A stretch of DNA of 24,322 nt, taken from positions 1-24,322 of IMG/VR virus record IMGVR_UViG_3300020045_010975. One strand, 5' to 3'. The notes beneath the pieces are model-generated. The model saw nothing but the letters and a program-made list of their open reading frames with translations, had not been told where the DNA came from and did no database searches. This document shows positions 16,753 to 24,084 of this stretch, piece after piece. The position numbers and the translations under genes are program-made. The DNA comes from a virus. Taxonomy: Duplodnaviria; Caudoviricetes. How positions within the stretch are numbered: the first letter of the stretch is position 1; each line of letters starts with the position of its first letter.

Positions 16753-18072
16753 ATGACCACCCTTTCCAAAATAACCGCCGAACACGTTCTGGCGGCGCGG
16801 CGTGAGATTAAGCGACGTGATCGCGAGAGGCTGACGACTGGTGCGTTCAGTGGCCGAGCTGATGACGGCTCAATCGTCCGCTTCATCATCCTCAAGGGCG
16901 GGCGCGGCTCTGGCAAGAGCCATGCCGCCGCTGAATATCTCGTTGAGCGTATGGCCGAGAAGAAAACTCGCGTCTTGTGTTGCCGTGAGATCCAGAAGTC
17001 GATCCGTGATTCGGTCAAGGCGCTCTTGGTCAAGAAGATCAAAGAGCTTTACCGGGAGAGTGAGTTCGAAGTTCTAGACACTGAAATCCGTCATAAGAAC
17101 GGGTCTCTATGCACGTTCGTCGGTCTGCGCACGAACATCGAAAGCGTGAAGTCCACCGAGGACGTAGACATTGCCTATGTATCCGAGGCGCGGACGGTCT
17201 CTCAGAACTCTTGGGAGGTTCTGACGCCGACGATTCGTAACGAGGGGTCTATCATCCTCGTTGATTACAACCCCAAAGACGAAAAAGACCCCGTTGACGC
17301 CATGTTCGCCGGCAAGGACGGACCGCCACCAGGGTCGATCGTCCGGCACATCAACTACACCGACAATAAGCATTTCCCTGACGTTCTGCGGCGGGAGATG
17401 GAATACGACAAACAGCGCGACCCTGAGAAATATCAGCACGTCTGGTTGGGGCAGCATAAGAAAAACTCCGAAGCCCGCGTGTTCAAGAATGTGCGGATCG
17501 AACCGGTGCCGACCCCGCCGCCGAACACGGTGTTCAGGTTCGGGGCGGATTGGGGCTTTAGTGTTGACCCGTCCGTGTTGTTGCGAATGTGGATCGATGG
17601 CCGCACGCTCTACATCGACCGTGAGGCTTACCGCGTCGGGTGCGAGACCGAAGACCTTGGGAAGCTGTTCGCCGGCCGTGAGGGTGCGTTGCCGGGCGAG
17701 GAATGGACGCCAGCTATGGAGGCGACATATCCAGGTATCGAAGGCGCGAAACGATGGGAGATCACAGCCGACAGCGCGAGGCCTGAAACGATCTCGGCCC
17801 TGAACCGTCGTGGGTTCCGGGTCGTCGGCGCTCGCAAGGGTGCGGGGTCTATCAACGAGGGTATCGAATGGCTCCAGTCGTATGACATCGTGATCGATCC
17901 GCAATGTAAGCACGCCGAATACGAGTTCACGTCGTTTGCGTTCAAGATAGACCCTCTGACGAACCAGGTGCTGCCGATTTTGGAGGATAAGAATAACCAC
18001 ACGATCGACGCGGCCCGCTATGGGACTGAGGGGCTGCGGAAGGGTGGGAATAATTTGAGAGCATGGGCATAA
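16753..18072 (+). CDS. terL: Terminase large subunit (PBSX/XtmB family)
   Basis: Walker A GGRGSGKS, CCREIQKSIRDSV, LTPTIR, YNP; nuclease FGADWGFSVDP, ADSARPETI and NHTIDAARY. Confidence 0.96.
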   Translation: MTTLSKITAEHVLAARREIKRRDRERLTTGAFSGRADDGSIVRFIILKGGRGSGKSHAAAEYLVERMAEKKTRVLCCREIQKSIRDSVKALLVKKIKELYRESEFEVLDTEIRHKNGSLCTFVGLRTNIESVKSTEDVDIAYVSEARTVSQNSWEVLTPTIRNEGSIILVDYNPKDEKDPVDAMFAGKDGPPPGSIVRHINYTDNKHFPDVLRREMEYDKQRDPEKYQHVWLGQHKKNSEARVFKNVRIEPVPTPPPNTVFRFGADWGFSVDPSVLLRMWIDGRTLYIDREAYRVGCETEDLGKLFAGREGALPGEEWTPAMEATYPGIEGAKRWEITADSARPETISALNRRGFRVVGARKGAGSINEGIEWLQSYDIVIDPQCKHAEYEFTSFAFKIDPLTNQVLPILEDKNNHTIDAARYGTEGLRKGGNNLRAWA

Positions 18073-18114
18073 ACGGGTTGCGCGGTTGGGCGGGATGTGC
18101 GTTTATAGGATTTC

Positions 18115-18335
18115 GGGGCCTGACCTGAAGTGGTCCGGTAAGTGGTCGTAAATGTCGTCCCGCCTCACACAACAAGGAAGGACTTTCCCGGTCGGCATAC
18201 AGCGGGTGATGGACCGGTCACCAAACGATTGAGATGCGTAAAGTTAAGTCGGGCCTTCCGTTGTCATAGATTCCCGGCAATCTCAGCTAGCCCGCGCATT
18301 AGGCCCGCTAACCCTAACCGGTTGGCGGGCCTTCT
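18115..18335 (+). ncRNA. Candidate structured non-coding RNA ending in a terminator-like hairpin
   Basis: Nested helices 18169-18185/18246-18264 and 18188-18193/18212-18217; crossing pair 18229-18235/18280-18286; 13-bp hairpin 18301-18332. Pairings found by eye. Confidence 0.4.
18301..18335 (+). terminator. GC-rich hairpin, likely terminator
   Basis: AGGCCCGCTAACC/GGTTGGCGGGCCT with one G-U pair on the + strand. The U tail is short. Confidence 0.55.
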
Positions 18336-18405
18336 AGCATCCGGCCGGTAAATCGCTTATACCGTCGTCATTGAGCGTCGGACGACGGGCAAAGGACACA
18401 CGATA

Positions 18406-18984
18406 ATGGCTGATCTCGGCACCGCTCCGACATTCACGACGACCACGGGCGCATCTCAGACCGCAACCGGCGTATTCGGACGCATCGCCATCGACGCAGA
18501 TACTCCCGCTGAATCGATCTACACACGCGGCATGGGCTTCACCGGAACCGGCGTCTTCACTCCCGCCGCGACCGCCTATTCCGCTGGCGACATCATGCAA
18601 GGCGCGGTCGAGTTCACGAACATCGGCCCCACTCTCGGTGGCGATGTCCTGATCACGAACGCGCGGCTCCGTGTGGATGCCAGTGCGGTTCAGTCGGGCG
18701 AAACATCCTATACGCTTCACCTCTATTCCGTAACGCCGCCTTCTGCCCTTGCCGATAATGCCGCATGGGATCTACCGTCCGGCGATCGCACGTCGTATCT
18801 CGGTTCGGTCGCTCTCGGTGCGCCGGTCGATGTCGGATCGACGCTGTGGGTCGAGACTACGGGAATCAATAAACAGATCACAGTTCCGACTGGCGGGTCC
18901 GTGTTCGGGTATCTCGTTACGGTCGGCGGGTTTACGGCAACGGCTGCGGCTAGGAATGTTATCTTGAAGGCCCTTGCAGCGTGA
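18406..18984 (+). CDS. Putative virion accessory/structural protein (beta-rich)
   Basis: AAAGGA RBS; T/A/G-rich composition; late region; N-terminus shared with 20623..21198. Confidence 0.7.
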   Translation: MADLGTAPTFTTTTGASQTATGVFGRIAIDADTPAESIYTRGMGFTGTGVFTPAATAYSAGDIMQGAVEFTNIGPTLGGDVLITNARLRVDASAVQSGETSYTLHLYSVTPPSALADNAAWDLPSGDRTSYLGSVALGAPVDVGSTLWVETTGINKQITVPTGGSVFGYLVTVGGFTATAAARNVILKALAA

Positions 18985-20534
18985 GGGCATCGGTTAGGCA
19001 CGCCCTGTTTATGGGAGGGGGGTACTCCGCTGCGGCTCGGGCTCTCTTTGCACGCATGTCCGAACAGCCGACCCCGGCGCAGAAAGCCGCTTACGATGCG
19101 TTCTATCAAGCGACCGATGTAGCGGCCTGTTTGGCGCTTCTCGACTCGTTCTATGTTACCGGGATCAACGGCACTGATGCGCTTCTGGACCTAAAAGCTC
19201 GGAGCAACGCCACTGTCGTTGGAGCGGTTGAACATTCAGCCGGGCGAGGGTGGCGGACGGACGGATCTACCGGCTCGCTGGCCTTTGCGGCGACACATAA
19301 CGCTCTGACGTATCTAGCTCAAAACAGCACCACAGTCGGGGCCTATGTTTGTGAGGTACTGACGAGTACCGCTGCTGCCCAGAATCTTATCGGCCTCGCC
19401 AGCGCGGCGACCGACCGGCTGCGTCTGACAGCCAACAATGCCGGCAGTGCTGTCGGTCGGGCCAACGATGCATCCACCCTTTCAGGGACGAACAGCGGGC
19501 TGGTCCCCGGCCTCTGGACGATCAACCGGAGTGGGGCCGCCGCGCGGGAAATCCGAAGGGGCTCTAGCGTCATTGCCTCCGATACGCAGGCCTCGGCGAG
19601 CCTTATTGCTCAGGCCATTGTCGGCTTCCGCAACGGTTCGGCCTACACCGAGAAACACACCTATGTGGGCGCGCTGTTCTTCGGGGCGAACTTGACAGCC
19701 AGTCAGACGGGGAACCTTCAAGCCGCACTCTCCGACCTGTTTGCCGCGCTTACGCCGGTATCGACTGCAACCGGCGTGTCGTCTCTGACATTTGCTGCCA
19801 CGTCATCCATTCCAGACGCTCAAGGGTCCACGGCGGGCAAAGTCTTTACCTGCACAGGCCTTGACCGCTTGCCCAACGACAACTGGATCGTCGCTAACTT
19901 CGGCGCTGCGTCGGATCAAAGCCCCACACCCACTGACCCCTCTATTGTGATCCTGTCGCCAGACTTCTCGACAATCGTTAGCGAGTTTGACCTGTCAGCC
20001 GTGACCACGGCGCTGGGGCCACAAGGCGTGGCGTATAACCCGGTGGATGACGTGATCGGCTGGGTCGGAGCGGGCGACGCATTTATCCGAACCATCAACC
20101 CGACAACGGGGGCTCAGGTTGGCTCAATCGCTATTGATGTCAGCGCAAATGGGTTGGCGTGGGATAGCCTGCGAGGCTGTTGGATTGCTGGTCGCGGATC
20201 GAACCAGGCTGCGCCCGATGCCGTCTCCTGGTACAGCACTGCGGGCGTTTTGCAGATGTGGATCAGAGTAGCGAATAACGCGGATCAGTTCTGGTTTGAT
20301 GCGTCCAAGGGCACACAGGGTCATCTCTGGATGCAGTACGGAAGCAATGGCGCTGATGGGCTGGTCGATGTTCTTGACGTTGCCTCACGGACCATAGTCC
20401 AGACTATGACTCTGACCGGCGCTCTTTCGCCAGAGGGCATTTACCGTGACGGTGCGGACCTCTGGGTCGCAAACGATGGCTTCCATCACGGCACGGCGGC
20501 GACCAACACCGTCAGACGGTACACTGTCGCCTGA
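18981..20534 (+). CDS. Putative fiber/receptor-binding protein: lectin-like N-terminal half plus beta-propeller-like C-terminal half
   Basis: A/G/S/T-rich; propeller-blade-like repeats CTGLDR, PQGVAYNP, ANGLAWDS, ADQFWFD and PEGIYRDG. Confidence 0.65.
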   Translation: MRASVRHALFMGGGYSAAARALFARMSEQPTPAQKAAYDAFYQATDVAACLALLDSFYVTGINGTDALLDLKARSNATVVGAVEHSAGRGWRTDGSTGSLAFAATHNALTYLAQNSTTVGAYVCEVLTSTAAAQNLIGLASAATDRLRLTANNAGSAVGRANDASTLSGTNSGLVPGLWTINRSGAAAREIRRGSSVIASDTQASASLIAQAIVGFRNGSAYTEKHTYVGALFFGANLTASQTGNLQAALSDLFAALTPVSTATGVSSLTFAATSSIPDAQGSTAGKVFTCTGLDRLPNDNWIVANFGAASDQSPTPTDPSIVILSPDFSTIVSEFDLSAVTTALGPQGVAYNPVDDVIGWVGAGDAFIRTINPTTGAQVGSIAIDVSANGLAWDSLRGCWIAGRGSNQAAPDAVSWYSTAGVLQMWIRVANNADQFWFDASKGTQGHLWMQYGSNGADGLVDVLDVASRTIVQTMTLTGALSPEGIYRDGADLWVANDGFHHGTAATNTVRRYTVA

Positions 20535-20622
20535 CCCCCACTCCCGTCCATCATCCGCGCCTATTCCCGCCCTCCCGTATTTCGTGTATTAACGCCATAC
20601 CTAAACAGTCGGAACCAGGACT

Positions 20623-21198
20623 ATGACGGACATCGGCCCTGCACCGACGTTCACAGATACGACGGGCAAGCGTCAGACGGCGCAGGGCATCTTCGGGTTC
20701 GTTCGTACCGAGGAATCCGAGGCGGTCAAAGAAGGCCGCGCGTTCGTTGCGTCCACTGCCGTTCTGCCCGTCGAAATCGGTCAAATCCTCGCGTTCGTGC
20801 TCGTCAATCCGTCCGACAGCGGCGTGAACATGTTCATCACGAACAGGCGATTTACGTCAGACCAGGCGAACGGCGACATTCCGATCGAATATCGCGCCTA
20901 CTCCAATCCGACATACGTTCCTGCAACGGCGGGCGTTGTCGTAAATCGCTGGCTTGGTTTGCCGCCTTCCGACGCGACGTTCCGATATACCACGGGCGCG
21001 TCTGCCTCGATTACGATGGGCGGGTCGGGAGGCAGTGCAGAAACGATCAGAACGGGCGGCGGTGCATCGGAACGCCAGCTACTTGTCGTGATTCCGCCGG
21101 GGAATTCGCTCGGGTTTACGGTGACGGGCGCGGGCCAGAATCTGTTACAGGCCGCCCGTATTTCCGGCACGCTGGAATGGTACGAGGAAGCCGCCTAG
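20623..21198 (+). CDS. Putative virion accessory/structural protein
   Basis: AGGA RBS; beta-rich; ends in LEWYEE; N-terminus matches 18406..18984. Confidence 0.7.
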   Translation: MTDIGPAPTFTDTTGKRQTAQGIFGFVRTEESEAVKEGRAFVASTAVLPVEIGQILAFVLVNPSDSGVNMFITNRRFTSDQANGDIPIEYRAYSNPTYVPATAGVVVNRWLGLPPSDATFRYTTGASASITMGGSGGSAETIRTGGGASERQLLVVIPPGNSLGFTVTGAGQNLLQAARISGTLEWYEEAA

Positions 21199-21255
21199 CC
21201 GCCGCCGAACGTTTCGTGTATCACGTTTCCCGTAATCATCCCGTCCGAGGCACGC

Positions 21256-21495
21256 ATGAACGATCAGGACCACATCAACGCTATCGGCAAGGCCCAGACC
21301 GAGGTCGAAGAAGCCGCCGCCGATGTCCGTCAAGCCTCCCGACGCCTGACACGCAGCATCCATAAGCTTCACGAGACGTTAGCCGCAGCAGAGGCGGCTT
21401 ACGGCGCATTGGACGATACCAATGTTGTCGCCTTCTCAGGCGGGACGAATAAGCCTCCCGTTGATGACCCAGATGAGCCTGTGGACCCTGTCTGA
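21256..21495 (+). CDS. Small coiled-coil protein with C-terminal VAFSGGTNKPP motif and acidic Pro-rich tail
   Basis: GAGG RBS; TGATG overlap with the next gene. Confidence 0.75.
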   Translation: MNDQDHINAIGKAQTEVEEAAADVRQASRRLTRSIHKLHETLAAAEAAYGALDDTNVVAFSGGTNKPPVDDPDEPVDPV

Positions 21496-21977
21496 TGATG
21501 GAACTGTTCGGCCTCGCGTGCCTGATGACCTACGCCGTTAATGCGTGGGCCGCGCACGATGCAAAGCCCAGATATGCGGATGCGGTCGGCGTGTCCGTCC
21601 TGTTCTGCGTCTCCTACGCCCTGTCGAATCTTCTCGTTCACCTGTTCGGGTTTCCAGGCGGCGTCATGGTCTGGCCCCTGATCGATCTTGCGCTCCTGTG
21701 CATGGTCGCCCGCGCGTGGTATAAGAACCGGACGGCGTGGAAGGCTATTTTGGCCGGCATCCTCGTCGGACAACTCGCCGCGCATGTCGCATTCTTCCAC
21801 ATTCTGCAAACAGGACAGGCGACACAGGGGTCGGTTTATATCTACTCCCTGATCATGAACGTCTCCTTCGGTCTTCAACTTCTAACCGTAGGGAGCGCGG
21901 GTGTCGGTCATGCTGTGGGTATTGCTAGCCGTCGCCTGCTTGATCGCAGGCGGTTTCGTGCTGTCGGGAATGTCTGA
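21495..21977 (+). CDS. Polytopic membrane protein (about 5 TM), unknown function
   Basis: Five hydrophobic segments carrying polar residues (N, D, Q, H); TGATG overlaps at both ends. Confidence 0.8.
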   Translation: MMELFGLACLMTYAVNAWAAHDAKPRYADAVGVSVLFCVSYALSNLLVHLFGFPGGVMVWPLIDLALLCMVARAWYKNRTAWKAILAGILVGQLAAHVAFFHILQTGQATQGSVYIYSLIMNVSFGLQLLTVGSAGVGHAVGIASRRLLDRRRFRAVGNV

Positions 21978-22162
21978 TGGAAGCCGACGTCGCAGTTCTA
22001 AAGACTGAGGTTACGCACCTTCGGAACGATCTTGAGGAGATCAAGGCGATCTCTCTCGCAAACCAGAAGCTGCTTCGTTGGGGAATGGGGGCTGCTGCGG
22101 GTGCGGGGGCTATGTTGCCGCTCGTGCTGCCGAAGATTGCGGAGGCATTGGGGTGGTCGTGA
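21977..22162 (+). CDS. Coiled-coil plus single-TM protein, XhlA-like holin candidate
   Basis: VAVLKTEVTHLRNDLEEIK followed by a hydrophobic C-terminus; two genes upstream of the endolysin. Confidence 0.65.
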   Translation: MEADVAVLKTEVTHLRNDLEEIKAISLANQKLLRWGMGAAAGAGAMLPLVLPKIAEALGWS

Positions 22163-22449
22163 GTGAGAACCGGACGGCGCGCGAGATTGCCGACAAGATA
22201 AGCTGGCGCGATCCCGAGGCCCTGATTTCGGGCGCGGTCGTGATGATCTTCGCGGTCGGCTATATCGCTGCCTATTTCGTTGATGCGCCTCCGGGGTCGG
22301 AGCAGGCGATCGGCCAGCTACAGGGCGCGGCTATTTCGGGCCTGTCTGCTGTGATCGCTTATTGGCTAGGGTCCTCGCGCGGGTCTCGCCGGAATGCTGA
22401 TCGGGCTGAGAAGGCGGTTGATGCGTTGGCTGCGGAGTCGAAGAAGTGA
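22159..22449 (+). CDS. Holin (2 TM)
   Basis: Two TM segments ending in AYWLGSSRGS, then a charged tail; GTGA overlaps; directly upstream of the endolysin. Confidence 0.75.
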   Translation: MSENRTAREIADKISWRDPEALISGAVVMIFAVGYIAAYFVDAPPGSEQAIGQLQGAAISGLSAVIAYWLGSSRGSRRNADRAEKAVDALAAESKK

Positions 22450-23072
22450 TTGATCGTGGCGGTCTGTTTAAGGCGATCCGGGTCTATGCGCCCGAACAAA
22501 AGTTCACGGATGAACAGGTCGCCGCGATCGACAAGCTGGCTGATAGCTTCGGCCTTCCGTCTGACGCGCCCGACCGCTTCTCTAACGTTCTCGCCGAAAC
22601 CCTGACGCACGAAGGCGGATGGGCCGATCACCCGAAAGATCCAGGCGGCGCGACCATGAAGGGCGTAACGCTGGCGACCTATCGTCAGTATTATCCGAAC
22701 GCGACAAAATCAGACCTTCGCAAAATCAGCGATGCAGACCTGAAAATGATCTATCGCAAGGGGTATTGGGACAAGGTGCGGGGTGACGAACTTCCGCCCG
22801 GCGTTGACCTTATGACCTTCGATGTCGCCGTTAACTCTGGCCCGCGTCGTGCTGTTGAATGGCTGCAAGAGGCCGTTGACGTGACGGTGGACGGCGCTAT
22901 TGGCCCTGTAACTCTGGCGAAGGTTGCCGGCGTCCGAGCGAAGGACTTGGTTGAAGTGCTTTCAACGCGCCGTGATCGGTTTTATAGATCGCTTTCGACA
23001 TTTCCGACGTTCGGCAAGGGATGGATGGCGAGGCTTAAGGCTGTGACTGACAAGGCGAGGTCTATGACATGA
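22446..23072 (+). CDS. Endolysin, glycoside hydrolase family 108 with peptidoglycan-binding domain
   Basis: HEGGWADHPKDPGGATMKGVT, FDVAVNSG, DGAIGPVTL and FGKGWMAR. Confidence 0.93.
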   Translation: MIDRGGLFKAIRVYAPEQKFTDEQVAAIDKLADSFGLPSDAPDRFSNVLAETLTHEGGWADHPKDPGGATMKGVTLATYRQYYPNATKSDLRKISDADLKMIYRKGYWDKVRGDELPPGVDLMTFDVAVNSGPRRAVEWLQEAVDVTVDGAIGPVTLAKVAGVRAKDLVEVLSTRRDRFYRSLSTFPTFGKGWMARLKAVTDKARSMT

Positions 23073-23371
23073 TCATCCCCGAAATCCGCCGATGGGTCAT
23101 CCTCGGCTGCATCATCGTCGCCCTATGTCTCCTCTTCGCCGTCCTGACGATGTGTCAGGGCCGAAACACGGATAAGGGTCGCGTCCAGACCGAAGCCGCG
23201 ACGGGCAAGGCGCTGGATAACGTCGCCGCCCAGACCGAAACCATCCGAACCGACGAAAAGGAAAAAGCCGATGCGGTTGACCAGATACCAGGCGCTAACG
23301 ATCGCCTCCCTGACGATTTCGGGCGGAATCTTGAGTGCGTGCGGCGGGGCGGCGAATGTCGTAATCCCTGA
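23069..23371 (+). CDS. Inner-membrane spanin (Rz-like)
   Basis: N-terminal TM, helical periplasmic part with C-terminal cysteines; follows the endolysin. Confidence 0.78.
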   Translation: MIIPEIRRWVILGCIIVALCLLFAVLTMCQGRNTDKGRVQTEAATGKALDNVAAQTETIRTDEKEKADAVDQIPGANDRLPDDFGRNLECVRRGGECRNP

Positions 23372-23549
23372 TTCGTTGCGGGAGCCGTGCGTTTCGACTG
23401 TGGACGTTAGCGGTGCGCAGACGGTTGGCGATCTAGGGAATGCGATTGTGCGGGGGGATGCGGACCTGATGGTTTGCGACGCGCGTAAATCGGCCGTGGT
23501 GGCGATTGCGGAGGCGCGGAATCGTAAGTGGTTTGAATTCTGGAAATGA
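23271..23549 (+). CDS. Outer-membrane lipoprotein spanin (Rz1-like), overlapping the i-spanin
   Basis: Signal peptide with lipobox LSAC; IPDSLREPC...C pattern; +1 frame overlap with the i-spanin. Confidence 0.8.
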   Translation: MRLTRYQALTIASLTISGGILSACGGAANVVIPDSLREPCVSTVDVSGAQTVGDLGNAIVRGDADLMVCDARKSAVVAIAEARNRKWFEFWK

Positions 23550-23564
23550 TGCGATATAGATGAT

Positions 23565-23717
23565 GGGTGAGCCGTCGCGAGTCCTCTGTCCATAAAGCCC
23601 TCGCTGGGGCGGACATGCGGTGATGGGCAGGCGCTAAGGGAAAACGGCGAAAAGGCCCTTAGTGTTCGCGTGATGCCTAAAGAAGCGCCGTCATTCCTCC
23701 GGGTCTGGCGGCGTTTT
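23565..23717 (+). ncRNA. Candidate structured non-coding RNA ending in a terminator
   Basis: Stems 23587-23615, 23631-23665 and 23683-23716; upstream TTGAAT-N16-TATAGA. Pairings found by eye. Confidence 0.4.
23683..23717 (+). terminator. Rho-independent terminator after the lysis cassette
   Basis: AAGCGCCGTCA/TGGCGGCGTTT stem with two G-U pairs, ending in TTTT. Confidence 0.6.
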
Positions 23718-23769
23718 GCTACCATCCCCGCCATAGTGTATCGTCCCGCGCGATTAACCGAGGACGCCC

Positions 23770-24084
23770 ATGCCCGAAGCTTGCCGATATAATCGACGGA
23801 CCGCCGATGGTCTCGGAATCGTTGGATACAGCGTGGCCGAGGGCGTTTCACGGCTCACTGTTGAGACTGAAGTTCGTCGCGCCCTGATTGCCGCTGAGCG
23901 CGGCCATTCGCGTCGTATCGTAAGCATTGATGGCCCGCCTTCAGCTTTGATTCCTTGGATTAAGTGGGCGGCTAAGTGCTGCATTTCTGCGGCCAATCAG
24001 CCGCTAACAGTTTTCGCACGGGCCACGATCTATCGTCGTCGCACTGAGGCGCGCGTTGCTATGATCCGTGAGACATTCGCATGA
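23770..24084 (+). CDS. Hypothetical protein
   Basis: GAGGA RBS; ATGA overlap with the portal; no recognisable motif. Confidence 0.5.
   Translation: MPEACRYNRRTADGLGIVGYSVAEGVSRLTVETEVRRALIAAERGHSRRIVSIDGPPSALIPWIKWAAKCCISAANQPLTVFARATIYRRRTEARVAMIRETFA

Noticed and set aside
18115-18335. tmRNA, tRNA or group I/II intron
   Set aside because: The GGGGCC start is tmRNA-like, but I found no T-arm/CCA end, tag frame, P7 or domain V consensus.
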